A stretch of 63,982 bases of DNA, counting the filler, from Basidioascus undulatus (taxonomy: Eukaryota), in NCBI GenBank assembly GCA_000826855.1. It is 14 parts of 14 records of this genome, joined end to end, with 100 filler letters (N's around TTAATTAATTAA, not from the genome) between each part and the next. Parts side by side here need not be neighbours in the genome. Positions count along the whole stretch, not along the records: positions 1 to 3,015 come from JTLS01002554.1; positions 3,116 to 6,129 come from JTLS01002555.1; positions 6,230 to 9,243 come from JTLS01002556.1; positions 9,344 to 12,356 come from JTLS01002557.1; 10 more parts are not named here. One strand, 5' to 3'. The position numbers and the translations under genes were made by a program. Positions 1-12,456 of the stretch are shown here, in pieces. The notes beneath the pieces are model-generated. The model was not told the DNA's origin. It did no database searches and worked only from the letters and a program-made list of their open reading frames with translations. How positions within the stretch are numbered: the stretch's first letter is position 1; every line of letters begins with the position of its first letter.

Positions 1-1401
1 TACACCCACCCCACCCCATCCCACCCTCCTTAGCTCCTCCCTCCCCTCACCCATTCCTCAAACCCCCACACCAAGCACCAACCCCCCCAGTCATCTAACT
101 CAACCCTCGCATCCCCCTCCCACCATGCATTTCTCCCTCCCACAGCGCCGCCCCTCTCCCCCGCCTCACCCACGACCAGTCCCTTACCCTTTCCGCACGC
201 TTCTTACAAATGCCCAGCTCGCCTCGACAGCCAGACGCCTTCTCCCGCGAGCTCATGGCGGCGCTCGCGAACCTCAGCCAGAAGCAGCAGAAGCCGGGGA
301 TGCCTCCCACACCGCCCATGACCCCACCTCGCCAGGGGGCGCGGAATCTGGGGGGCAGGAAAGGACCCAGCCTGCCGCCTTCGCTGTTAAGGAACGAGGC
401 GGATTTGGTAAGAGCTACGTTAAGTGTTCAGGATGTGGGCTGTTTGGGGAAGGGCGTCACGCTGCAGAGCAAGGAGTTGTGCTGGGCTAGGGGGAGGCAT
501 GGATAGCTAAATTTCCTTCAATGAATAGTATCAAAGGACATGTGGGTTTCACTTTGCAATGTGCGACGACCCACCACATTCTGCGTTCGCGGAGTCGAAG
601 AACTGTGAGTAGGTGCAACTTGACGCATATATTTTCAGGGTACAGCAGGCCTTAATCTGTCAGTTTCTTTTCGATTGTTACTTGAGGTCCATTATGGACC
701 ATTGAAAGCAAACTCCGAGTCAAGATGGGTAGAAAGTGTGCGTGAGTACCGAGTGTGCTGGACCGGACGACAGCTTGTGAGAAACTTGGAGTCGGGAAAC
801 CACTCCGTGTCCCGGTACCATGATTAATCTTGAAATACTTGATATGGTGTACAATGCAAGACGACCATAGGCTTATGCCCTTCTCTTGATGGGCAGTCGC
901 GAGACCCAGCACTAGCACACGCACCAGCCTGATTCACGGCCTGTCCAGCAACAGAAACAACGCGCGGGCCCAAGGAAGATACGTGTGCCACAATCTCAAG
1001 CGTAAAACTAGTAGAGTCGGTTTTGTGATGCATACGCAGCCTTGGTCAAGCAAGTTATCGTTGCAGTCTGGCATAAGGCTTTCAGCGAATCAATCGTTTG
1101 ATTGACCTGACAACTGACAGCTGTGCAGCCAGATGACGTCAGTTCGCCCCGAGTGATCATCGTGTCTTCATCGTCTGCTCTTGCTCCTCCTGACCTACTC
1201 GACTCTCTTCCTCGCTCTACATCACTGTTTGTAAGTCTCTCATCACGGTTCCTGTCATACGCCCTCATTCCTACTTCCGAACTGCGTTGGACACTCCCCA
1301 ACCGCTGATACCCACCTGGACTTTCCCAGTCACCTGCCCTCTCCACCTCCCCCCGGCGCCCGTCCCAATTATCCTGCATCCGCTCCCGCCCAACAAGCTA
1401 T

Positions 1402-3015
1402 ATGATTCCGCGCGCATCCCCAGCGCGCAGACTATTCTCTCTCTCTCGACACTTCACCACCACCACCGCGCGCACCATGTCCAGCAAGCCGACGATCCCC
1501 CCTCCCCCGCCCCGCGCGGCGGCGTACCTCCCTGGGCCGACCGCCGAGTCGCTCGCGAAGGCGCGCGAGCTGGCTAAGCGGGATGCGGAGGAGCACCATG
1601 TATTCTTTAATGACAGTGCGTGGGCTCATCCTTACACGTGGGGGAAGATGAGAGAAGCTGACTGGGGAGCTGCGCTGGCGAGCAGAGGGGTTCCACAAGT
1701 GCGTTCTGGGCTCTTCCAGCATGCTTCTGGGAGAAAAGGGGAGATGCTGAAGTGAGTAATGTTGGTGGATGAACAGTCACCTCGTTCACGCCACGTACGC
1801 CGCCGCCTCGCTCGGCGCTTCCCCAGCGCTGCTCGAGGAGATCTACGCCGTGCACGCCCCGCAGCAACGTCCGCGCCTGCCCGTCGACACGCCGATCAAG
1901 CGCGAGAACTGGAAGGACCACTTGGGGCACGAGAAGTGGGTCCTTCTTTCCCCTCTTCCCCCTTCTTCTCTCCCCTCCCCTTCCTCTTCTTCGGTTTCCT
2001 TGGTTGGGGTGACGGGAAGAAGCTGATGGAGCGGGGGGCCGACAGGCACTATTCCGGCCAGCTCGAGTTCTTCAAGAGCGAGATTAAGGAGCGCGGGGAG
2101 GGGCAGGTCGTGGAGACTTATTTGTTCTCGGAGGAGGCGAATGATGCGAAGGGGAGGATGCTTGCTAGGCTTGTGGTGCGTTCGTTTCCTTCGTTTGCCC
2201 CCAACGGCAGCCTCGGCTCAACAGGAATCACTCCTCCGACAGTCCGGAGCTGTTCACCCTATGATCCTCCTCGGCTACGGCGCCGAGTTCTCGGACAGCC
2301 TGGTCCTCGCCGAAGGTACCTTCCTACTTCCCCCTCCCTCCTTGCCTTCCCGCTCAACCTCCTCCCTTTCCGTAGGGCTCGCCTCAGCCGCCGTCCACAC
2401 CCCCATGGTGTCCCCCCTCCTGCCGCCCTCCCTCTTCTCCCCAAGCCTTCGCACCTCCTCCGCCTCCCCCTCCTCCCTCGCCGCCGCCTCCCTTTCCGCA
2501 ACCCTCTCTTCCCTCTCCCTCACCTCCAGCACCCTAACGACGTTCGACGTCCTCGCCGCTTGCCTGTCCGACCCCTCGCTAGCAGCGGGGCAAGTCAACA
2601 AGCAGACGTCCGAGAGCAAGCTCAACGACGCGCTGCGCTCTTCTGCTGAGCGCATTAGGGAGTACGCGGAGCTGTGGGTCGTGGGCGAGGGGGAGGAGCA
2701 AGTTGCCGCGAGGCTGGAGGAATTGGCCTGGATGGCGTTGGTGGTTTATGCGGCGGGAGGGGGGAGAGCGGGGAAGGAGTTTAGGGCGGACTTTTTGTGC
2801 GTCTTGTTGACTTCTCTTTCCGTCTTCGTGATGAGAAGGAGAAACGGGATGGCTGACTGAGGAGGAATGGGCAGCTTGATGCACTGCGTAACATCCTCGC
2901 ACTTCCTTCCTCCCCTCCTGCGCCTCCTCTCCCCGCGCTCGCAGCGCCTCCTCCTCACCGCGCACTTCCGCGTCACGCTCGGTGCGTCTAGCCTCCTCCC
3001 TCCTCCCTCCAGATC
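1402..3015 (+). CDS. Questin oxidase / AflY (HypA, DUF4243)-family oxidoreductase, intron-containing, 3' end cut by contig end
   Basis: Spliced exons give HHVFFND|RGFHN|HLVHATYAAASLGAS, ENWKDHLG, HYSGQLEFFKSEI, SGAVHPMILLGYGAEF, LAEGLASAAVH and ADF|LMHCVTSSHFLP, the His-rich motifs of this family. In-frame ATGs at 1402 and 1477. Confidence 0.85.
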
Positions 3016-3115
3016 NNNNNNNNNNNNNNNNNNNNNNNNNNNNNNNNNNNNNNNNNNNNTTAATTAATTAANNNNNNNNNNNNNNNNNNNNNNNNNNNNN
3101 NNNNNNNNNNNNNNN
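3016..3115. other. Artificial contig linker (N44-TTAATTAATTAA-N44); first of 13
   Basis: Identical 100-nt linkers with a six-frame stop palindrome also at 6130-6229, 9244-9343, 12357-12456, 15419-15518, 18504-18603, 42416-42515, 45527-45626, 48629-48728, 51729-51828, 54825-54924, 57921-58020 and 61017-61116. Confidence 0.99.
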
Positions 3116-4270
3116 TGGACGCCGGCGCGGGGGTGACGGTCGCGGCGCCGGCCGCGGGCGTGTCGCTGCCCCAGGTCGCGGCGGCGGACGCGGCGGCGGA
3201 CTCCTCGTCGGACTGGTCGTGCGGCGCAACGGTGACGGTCGAGCAGACAGCGAGAACCTCGCCGATATAGATGTTCGAGCAGTACGAGTCGATCTGTCGT
3301 GGTTTGGTGTGGGTAAGTACAAACGCATGAAAGCGGCCGGAAATGAGCGAGACGCACCTGGGGGTTGTTCAGCGCAAGGGTGGTGGTATTGATGCCCGAG
3401 GCAGAGGCGATGCTCTGAGAACGAAAGAGCTCGTCAGGACCAGGCCCGCCTATAAAAATCCACAGAGGAAGACGATGCGTACGTCGCAAGTGTCGCCGGC
3501 CGCAACAGTGTAGGTCTCCGTGCAGTCATAGCCGGGCCAACCAAGGCAGAGCTCCTGGCCGATAGCGAGGTTGCTGCAGGTGGAGTCGATCGAGTCGAAG
3601 TTGGAGGCAGCGAGCTGGTACGTCGAGACACCCTGGGACGCCGAGATGGACTGCAAGCGAAGAAGGCGAAGAAGACAGATGAGCGAGGAAGACGGGCGAG
3701 ACGTGTCAGACGCGAACCGACCGCCGCGGGGGCGTTCCCGCGCGTGTCGCAGATACTCACGTCGCAGATGTCGCCCTCAACGACGGTGTAGTTGCGGGTG
3801 CAGTTGGCGGAGACGGCTGTGTCAATGGAAAGGAAAAGAGCAGGAATCGCGTCAGCGTCGTCGTGATGGGCAGGCACAAGAGTCGCCCTGAACTGGCGGG
3901 CATTGAATTGACGCTAGCCCCGTCTACTCGGGCCGAGGGACGATGCGCAGCAGGACGCGTTCGCGTGAGCCGTTGCAATGCATTCTTGCAACACTGCCTG
4001 AATGTGCACTGCGAGCACAACGTCGGCGACTGTGCAGAGCGGGGCGTATAAAGGGCAGCGGGCGGTGAAGGCATGAGGACGCTCAAGGCACCGCCAAGCC
4101 GTCGGGCTCGAGCGCGTCCGCCCCTCTCCTGACCAGCCCCTCGAGCGCGGCGCAGAAGACCACGCCCGCGACCTCGACGACGGCGTGCGTATTCCTAGCA
4201 GAATAGAAAGATACTCACAGCCAACGACGGCGGCGCCGACGACGGAAGCGAGCGCGAACTTGGTGAACAT
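3116..4270 (-). CDS. Secreted protein with two LysM domains (chitin-binding, effector-like); 3' end truncated
   Basis: Signal peptide MFTKFALASVVGAAVVGSVSA. LysM1 is CTRNYTVVEGDICD|SISASQGVSTYQLAASN..CSNLAIGQELCL. LysM2 is CTETYTVAAGDTCD|SIASASGINTTTLALNNPQ|IDSYCSNIYIGEVLAV. An Ala/Ser/Thr tail follows. Introns are canonical GT-AG. Confidence 0.9.
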
Positions 4271-6229
4271 TGTGGGGATCCGGGGTTTTGTCGGAATACA
4301 AATATCGAAGCGGAGTGCGGGTAGGTTAATCGGCCTCGAAGGGAACGTGGGTGTCGAAAAGAGCGTGGGTCGCGGGGACTGGCGTCGAAAGAGGAATCTG
4401 GTCGAAAGGGCGGCAGATGGAGGAGGAAGGGGGGGGATGGAGAGGTGAAAGAACAAGGAAGGACAAGGGAGAAATGAGGCACGGATCTCAAGCAGGACAA
4501 GGGGCCGGGGCCGGGGCGGGGGGCGGCTGCCGAGATCTGCCAGACTGTCTGGCTCAAACTGACCGCAATTGGACTTTTGGTAGGATGCGCTTTTAAAATA
4601 AATAGGCCTTGTAGTATCTACGTTATCGTATTTAGCACGCTCTGATCGCAGCGTCGGTGACTCTTGTGCCTGCACGCCAGTCGCTGTTTCCTCAACAGCC
4701 GTCACGGGCACAGCTGAGCAGTTCCGCGCCGCTCTCAACGAAATTGAAAACTGCGGTGGTAACTAAATTGCGGAGTCTTCAACCACAAACTGACCAAAAC
4801 TGCTGAGGAAAAGGCAGTGGTGCAAGAGCCGACTCAACGATCAACGCCGTGGCAGTCCGTGCGTCTGCAGAGCAGTTAAATTGGCCTCCTCTCCGCTCGT
4901 TCGTTCGAGAACGCCCAGCCTCCTGTGCAGAGCTCCGCCAAGTCCACCTCCCCTCTGAGAAACCATCATGCTAGCACCACACCTTGACACGGATACCGCA
5001 CGGGGACTCACTTGTGAGGCTGTGTCAGGTCCACGACGGTGAATGCGCCAGTTGTCGTACTGGCCATGAACGAAAAGGTCGTCAAAGGTCGTCCTGTCGG
5101 GATGATCGGGAACAGACTGCACTCCTTGAAAAGATTATAAGTTGATTTTTACTACCTAGGTAAATACATTAGGTTGTCTGTGCAGTGGTTGCAAACGTGC
5201 TTCCAACTTTGGAAGCCCACCGGGTATTTTCGGCGACAGAGGCACGCTGAAGCAGGGATCGAGGAGGACCGCCGAAAGGTGAGGGAGAGGGGAGCAGGGG
5301 GAAGGGATACCAACGTAAACACACAAAAGAGGTTCACAAATTTGAGAGCTTTGAGGTCTTCGAGGTGACGGTCAGCCAGCGAGGGTGTGGGGTCTCCCGC
5401 CTGGCCAGCGAGACCCCGTTTGACGACTTGAAACACAAGCAATTTTGTCGGGATTTCCTCCGACCCAAGACAGGCATGGAAGGAAGGAGGCCCAATATTT
5501 TTATGGATTGGAAGACGGTTGAAGTGTCCAATTAGCGAACACGCTTGAGACGAGAGCGGCAGTCCTTCCTCGTGAGCTCACGGTGAGGCCAGACTCGTCG
5601 GATAAAAGACCTGTTTCTCTCGGCTCGATCGCAATGTAGAACACGGTTCGAGATAACATATGTGTCACTCTCAGCGAGAACCCCGATTACTCCAGACCAA
5701 GAGGCACAGCGACCAAGCGCAGTCTCATGCAGTCGACTCCGTGCGCATCGAGCAGGCCCTCGGCAAGCATTGCGTTGCTGGCTCTTGAATCCCTCAAGCT
5801 TCGGAACAGTTCCGATGAGATCTTTAGGTACATTCGAGCTGCACTTCCAGCAAACATCGAATGGGATGCACGGGCAGTCTCCCTCGAGACATCGGCCGTC
5901 TGCAGAGTTGGGCGGCTAGAAATGGATGCCTCCGTGAGTCAGGATATCACGAAAAAGAGTACATCCGGATGAAGAAGGCGCGTTCTTGGCAGATGTTGCC
6001 GTGAGGGGGAAGGGGCTGTATATCCGCTACCCGCCCTCGCGTGGCTACACTGCACGCACGCACTGTTTTCACAATACGCCTCTTCCGCTACTGCAGGGGC
6101 GTGTATCCTCGCTTCCCCCCGCCTTCCCANNNNNNNNNNNNNNNNNNNNNNNNNNNNNNNNNNNNNNNNNNNNTTAATTAATTAANNNNNNNNNNNNNNN
6201 NNNNNNNNNNNNNNNNNNNNNNNNNNNNN

Positions 6230-7267
6230 TCCGATCTATTTTATATCCACCCCCAATCAATCCTCTTCCCGCCGCCCTCCCCCACTTGACCATACTCCCC
6301 ACGCCCCCATTCCAGTCCTCGACGCGCCTGCGCGCAGCAAGGCTTATCGTCGACCCGTGCGTGCCGACAAACCCGGCGTCCATGCTTTGGAAGACGGCGT
6401 CCATAACAGGCGGATACCTTGTTCCCATCTCCAATCCCATTACCCAACGCTCGTCAACCCCCTGAACTATCCTTTTGTTTCGGAACGGAGAAAGGAAGAA
6501 GGCAGAAAGGAGAAGCGGAGCCGCACCATTTCCCCAGCCTCTCCTCCGTCCCCTCCAGGGTATGGTCGACCCTCTTCCATCCCCGCGCGTGGACGTTAGC
6601 CCAGAAGGCAGGGTCGCGCTCGTCGCTCGTGACGAGGACGTGGGCCGGGTCGGCGTTAACCCCGCAGGTGCGGAGGAGCTCCGCGCGGACGGCGTCCACG
6701 CTGCGCGCGTAGGATGAGAGGGGGGCGAAGCACTCGGCGGGGCTGGAAGATTTGCACGCGCTAGAGTGCAGGAAGTCGCCGTGCCTAATGCGGAGGGATA
6801 TGAACTGCGCGAGGGTGGGCGGAGGGTAAGTGAAGTGGAAGGGGAAAGGTTAGGAGAGACGGTGGGTGGGGTGGGGTAGGGAGAGAGAAGGAAGGACGCA
6901 CGGGCGGGACATTCTCCACCACAAACGCCCGACGCAGATACCCCTCCGCGATCCACCAGGCACACGCACCTCGAAACCGTCCCGTCGGCGGACCCCGCAA
7001 ATAGTCCTCCACCCTCCAAGCCTCTGCCTCTGGCACCACCACCTCCCCCTCCAACTCTACTACACCACTGTCCACCCCAACCCGCAGCGTCCGCGCCCAT
7101 CCCACGCCGTTCAGCCCGTAGTGCCCTATCAGCGTGGGAGGACGATGAGCGCGAGCGCGAGGGAGAGGGCGAGGTGGAGCGCGCGCATGCCGGATTTTGT
7201 GTGGTGGCCGGAAGAAGAAAAGATTAAGAGGAACATGTGCCGTAGTTGAGAAGACAGTCCGGAACAC
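6230..7267 (-). CDS. O-fucosyltransferase-like (GT-B) protein, C-terminal domain; possibly a degenerate copy
   Basis: FISLRIRHGDF..C..C, VLVTSDERDPAFW..GWKRVDH..W|YPPVMDAVFQS..GFVGTHGSTISLAARRRVEDWNGG match the O-FucT-like motifs (H/R-x-R-x-x-D-F, TSD, FVGT..ST). The 5' part is not resolvable and there is no stop before the contig end. Confidence 0.6.
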
Positions 7268-7490
7268 GCCTGGGCGGTCGAAGCGCAGGGGGGACGGGAA
7301 GGCATTTGAACGCGTGGCTCGGACGCAAGCGCGGGCGGTGGGATGTCCGAAACCCGAAATAGATTATTATTGAGATGCGATCCGCGAAGAATAAGCAGAT
7401 GAAAGTGTGATGGAGGTGAAAGAGGTGAAAGAATGAAAGTCGACAGCAGTGTCCTGGCACATCGCAGCTGTCCTCCAGATCCTGATTTCC

Positions 7491-7961
7491 TCACTCCGCC
7501 TTTTGCTGCTCCTGCTCCTGCTCGTTCTCTTTCTGGCCTACGCCCGTACACCGACCTCGGTAGCACCCCCAGCCATCGCACTGTCTATCCGTCTGGCACC
7601 TGTCCGTCCCTCTCCACCCTATCAGCCTCCCGCCTTCCTCCCACAAATCAAGAAGCAACTACGCACCTTGCCCCGTACCCCCCACACGTAAATTCCACGT
7701 GCTCATTAACAGCCCAGCACTGCGCGCCCCCCGCGCACTGCGCTGAGGACGCGCACACCGCGCCGAGTGGGAGGGTGGAGGGGCGCGCGGAGATGCTGGG
7801 CAGGGAGGCGGGGGAGGTGGTGGTTGCTGGGAGGGGTGCCTGGGGGGCAGGGGAAGGTCAGGGGAAGGGAAGGGGGAGAGAGTAAGAAGGGGACGGACAC
7901 CGGCGGGGAGGGCGAGTGCGAGGGAAGGGGAGAAGAGGAGCGGGAGGAATGAGAGGCGCAT
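7491..7961 (-). CDS. Small secreted cysteine-rich protein (114 aa, 8 Cys), 3 exons
   Basis: Removing introns 7840-7898 and 7600-7666 (GT-AG, with CTGAC/CTGAT branch sites) gives MRLSFLPLLFSPSLALALPAGAPLPATTTSPASLPSISARPSTLPLGAVCASSAQCAGGAQCWAVNEHVEFTCGGYGARCQTDRQCDGWGCYRGRCTGVGQKENEQEQEQQKAE*. Confidence 0.8.
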
Positions 7962-8983
7962 GGTGGGTAGTAACTAGGAAGAGAGGGAGGGGGGGACTCT
8001 TGCGTGGTCCGTACGCGTGTTGAAGCGTGAGTGAGGGAAGATGAAGGAAAGGAATAAAGGAAGACGCGTTGGGTGTTTCGAACGAGGCACTGCAGTGAGC
8101 GGAGCAGGTGCGCTGCGTCATGCTAGTGTAACGGTAGCGCCGCACCAGGGGCGGGGTGGGCGGAGTGCATCATGCTCGACGGATATAGCAAGGCGCGGAC
8201 GCGATGAGCGGCGGTGTGAGATGGGCGGCGTTGAGGGGCATCGTTCGTTAAACAAATAACACAGTGAGGGCTGGGAGGAGTCGGGCGGGATGGACTTTGA
8301 GTGGGAAGGGCTGTTTGCATGGAAGCGGAGCGGAGAAAGAAGACTGCAACGATTGTTGTTGAGGTACCCAAGACGTACCGGTAACGGAGACGCTCGCTCG
8401 CTGGCCTCAGCACGCTGCACTAATGTCCTTGAAACTACATGGCGATGAAGGCGTAGATGTGTCTCCCTGGCTCCAAGAGCAACTAGACAGCTCGACAAGC
8501 GAAGAAGACAATGTCATATCGACAGACCCGCACAATATGTGTCGCCTTGCAGAACACTGTGACAGCCGACACCCATTTAGTGAGGCGAACCACCTCCCCA
8601 TGCAGCCTTCTCTGTGTGTCTCCCATCACCGACCTCTTCGTCCTTAGCATCCCCGACGTTACGCAGCTCCCGATCAACGTGCCAGCAACACCCCCAGATG
8701 TTTGACGATCCCCCCGCGGCGGCCGAAGCGCTGGGTTCCGCCCCCGCGCCCGGCGACTTGAAGGCCGAAGACCGGGGCGCGTGAAGACCGGCAACCCTCA
8801 GCCAACCCTCAGCCAACTGACCCTCATCGACCCCAAGTCTTCTCTCTCCTTGGCTCCGACACTCTCAGCGACACCACGCACCCACACCCACTCATCTTTC
8901 TTCTTTCTTTCTATCCCCCATCACCACAACATACCACAATCCGCCACTCCAATCTAGTTGCAGCCACACCCACCCGTCACAGC

Positions 8984-9243
8984 ATGCCGGTCGTCCCCTT
9001 CCCCCAGGACCCGATCGACTTTTCCCGCCAGGGCATCGTGCGTTCGATCTCCTCCTCGTGGCGACGTAGAGCACTGGCGCTGACGACCTGGCAATGGCGA
9101 GCAGGAAGTTCCCGGCACTCGGCGACCCGGCCAAACAGGGCACTACCGCAATGGTTCGCCCCCTCCATCCCCATCCACCAATGCAGTATTTCGCCTCCCT
9201 CATCATCCCCGTCCTCCTCGGCCTCTCCATCTACGCCCTCAAC
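8984..9243 (+). CDS. Long-chain fatty acyl-CoA synthetase, 5' end only
   Basis: Spliced N-terminus MPVVPFPQDPIDFSRQGI|EVPGTRRPGQTGHYRN resembles the N-terminus of basidiomycete ACSL enzymes (recalled, not searched). The contig ends before the AMP-binding domain. Confidence 0.55.
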
Positions 9244-11452
9244 NNNNNNNNNNNNNNNNNNNNNNNNNNNNNNNNNNNNNNNNNNNNTTAATTAATTAAN
9301 NNNNNNNNNNNNNNNNNNNNNNNNNNNNNNNNNNNNNNNNNNNATAGGAAGTCTTCCATTCGTAAAGGCGCTTTGAAGACGCTCGTTGCGGGCTTGCCGC
9401 ATGGCAGCTTGCACGAGGATGAACGGCGAGGCCCACGTCGTCGCGTTCACCTTAATGGAGGCCTGGAGATGGTATATAGGTGTAAGAAAAATCCTCGTCT
9501 ACGAGGAGAGCGGTGCGGGCAGGCGGTGGGCGAGGATGAGGCAGGTGGAGCGGCGGTGAAAGGGCAGGAGTAGGCGGGAGTGGTGAGGATCGGTGTAGCG
9601 ATGAACGTGGTACAACGTGTAGCTTCCTTTGATTGGTGTATGTGCGCTTGCTTATTCTTAGCATAATGTAGGTAACTGAGAATTATTACTGCAAGACAAT
9701 ATGAGTCGAGCGTCCCTCCATCTGGACGGCCTAGACTCGGACTGTACGTCCTTGCTGCCTTGCTCTAACGCGTCGCTAAATTGGTCTGCCAGCAGCGTTG
9801 GGCCTAATCAAACTGGTCGATAACAAGAGCGCAAGGTTACCATATATTGCAGGTGAAGAAGTGTTGTATGTGACGCTATAAGGCACTCGAGATTCTGGAA
9901 GACAGAGGAGAGCCTCATTGAGGGCACAATCTTATCGAGTTCGGCGGGTGAAACGCGTGTCTGCAGGGCAGCGCTCGGCACGGTCCTGTGTCGAGTCCTG
10001 CTTATGAATTTGAGCTCTTTCGTGTCTTGGTGCTATCGCTCCAGATGTCAAGTTCAATCATTTCTGCAAAAAAGTCTCCATCGTGATCGGACAGTACAAT
10101 CGCCCGTTCATCAATAAGTCCCCTCTCGACTCCCACCACCTCATGCTGGTGTCCGAGAAGGACAAAGCCCGCAAAAACCTCCTTGTACCCAAGCTGTAGT
10201 GGAGTACGACCGGTATCTTATCCCTAAAATGATGGACTTGAGCGAGGCATTCCGGGATAGCGCCCTTCAAAGTCTTATGGTCTACCGTCCATCAAGCTCG
10301 AGGATGGGGAAGCGGAGTGGCTCGGGCTCTATTAGATCGTCTGTCGAAGCTGTACTCGTTCGTCTTTTTGCTGTTTCCAACCGTTGTGGTCTATCTATCA
10401 TAAGGAACTCTATTTTCAACGCCCCTTTTTAGTAAAACTCCCCGGCGCCCAGCCCTATCAGCTTCACCCAGTCTCATTGGGTCGTCAGACGCTGCGGCAT
10501 GTACGCGCTGTGTCTTCGCGTTTCCCCGTTTTCCAGTACAATAGTAATTCCGACCTCCATGGCTTCTCAGAAGCCACGGTGTGCTCTCTCTTAACATTCA
10601 TTCCTGCAAGCAGAGCGTGACAGGCAGGTGGACAATCATCGTTATTACCTACTGTCGTCACTTGCACTCCGCCGCTTGCTGCGTCCATCAATCTCTCCGA
10701 GTAACCCGCATTTTTCTACACCAATAAGACCATATTATTCATGCTCATCTGGGTTGAGTATTTTCGGCTCACCGCTTACTCTCCTTCTCGCTGTTTATGA
10801 TTCACCGTCGTTGGGCTCATGTCGGCACGCTCAGTTGGGGCTTGGGTTGGTCGTTTATCCTTCAACGTGACGACCGGAATCCTGAAAGGTAAGGCCGAGT
10901 GTTCGAGAGCGCAGAGATTCCACTTGTTCACTAGCTGATTATGCACGAATAGTAGTGCATAGGAGTCTCTGACACAGTGCGCAGGCGCAGCTTCCATTTA
11001 GACCAGACATGTACGCTGCACAAACCGGGAGTACATCACAGCCAGCGAACCGCTCTGCCCAGCTGCCTCCGACCCTTTCCCCCGCCCTGACATCTGCGAG
11101 ACCTATACGTTTCATGAGGCACCACTCGGAATGCACAGATCAGCGCGAGTGAGCGAACTGTCGCTGTTGTACTGGCTCGTTAAAGCGGGGGTCTTCTCGT
11201 GCATCCTTCCGCATTTGCCCTCGACAGTCCCTCAGCGCACAGACCTCTCAGACCGACGACACACACATTACTCAGCCGACACAGTCGTCATTTCAACCTC
11301 CGTGTACGTCTACTCGTTTCATGATCATCCTTCCTCAGCACCAGCCTGCCCCGTCCTACCCACCGCACGCTCGCCATTCCCATTTTCCCCTCCCGCAATA
11401 TAACCCTACCCAAGAAGCACGGCCCCAACGTGAAAATACGAAGGGGACAGAA

Positions 11453-12273
11453 TCACGCCTTTTTCGGCGGCGGGACGAGCTTGAGCGAGAAGTCAATGTG
11501 CTGCACGCTCTGGTGGACGGCGGAGGTGCTGAGGATCTGTACCCCCGCGGCCCACCCAGCCCTCAAATCAGCTTTGTCTTGCCCAGCTACTGTCCGGGAA
11601 GGGGTGGAATGTGTACGTCGATGTCTGTCCCATCCCCACAATAGCGAGCGTAAGCAAGGGACGGGAGAAGGATGAAGAGGGCAGAAGACGGTGGGATGGA
11701 GAGAGAAAGGAGAAGGTGAAGGGGAGAAGCGAAGGAAGGAAGGAAAGAAAAAAAACCGCACCATCGCTCAGCCGGCTAACCAAGTTGCCCTCCTCGATCC
11801 CGCCGCTCGTCTCGATCAGGAAGGTACGCTTGCCCGCCCAGCGCTCCTTCAGGCGCGTCGAAGTGGCGTGGAGCGCGTCGCCCTCTGCCATCGCCCATAG
11901 TTCCTATCAGCTATCTTTCTTCTTCCCCCTCGCCTCAGCTTTGACGGGATGAAGTAATACCCAGGTTGTCGAGCATCACACTGCCCCGAAAGAGGGGGTA
12001 TGAGAATCTTCGGAGAAGGGGAAGGGGGTGGGAGTGTGGGAGGAAGAAGGGAACATGCAACGCACATATCAGCCCCCGCCCCAATCGCCTCGTCTGCCTC
12101 CTCCTCCGACTGGACCTCCACATCAATGCGGAGCGAGAACCCGGCGACAGAGCGGACAGCCTCGACGGCGGCGGTGATTGAGCCTGTGTTTCCAGCCACC
12201 ACACCGGTCCGTCAGATGGCGGAAGAAAGAGATGGAGGGGGAGGGAGAACGGACCGGTGGACCAGACGTGGTT
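11453..12273 (-). CDS. BNA6: Nicotinate-nucleotide pyrophosphorylase (quinolinate phosphoribosyltransferase), 3' half
   Basis: Exons [86 protein letters not shown]; stop at 11453. The 5' part lies beyond the contig end. Confidence 0.93.
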
Positions 12274-12456
12274 GCTTTTTTGGCGCGGGGGATTGTCAGT
12301 TGGGGCGGGTAGCGGGCCTAGCTGGGGTGGCAGCCGCAGGGGAAGCCCTTCGAGCTNNNNNNNNNNNNNNNNNNNNNNNNNNNNNNNNNNNNNNNNNNNN
12401 TTAATTAATTAANNNNNNNNNNNNNNNNNNNNNNNNNNNNNNNNNNNNNNNNNNNN

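Noticed and set aside
1..506. Possible 3' end of a Pro-rich gene (ORF 210-506)
   Set aside because: No domain, and competing frames; not enough to call a product.
4841..5972. Short ORFs with weak Leu-rich patches
   Set aside because: No consistent spliced frame or motif.
8792..8825. CAACCCTCAGC x2 resembling telomeric repeats
   Set aside because: Only two copies, not TTAGGG-type, and inside a promoter/UTR.
9181..9243. MQYFASLIIPVLLGLSIYALN as a separate membrane-protein start
   Set aside because: Lies at the contig edge within the acyl-CoA synthetase region; it cannot be distinguished from intron sequence or a chimeric end.
9344..11400. Lower-GC stretch with many short ORFs, possible transposon relic
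   Set aside because: No transposase, RT or terminal-repeat signature seen.
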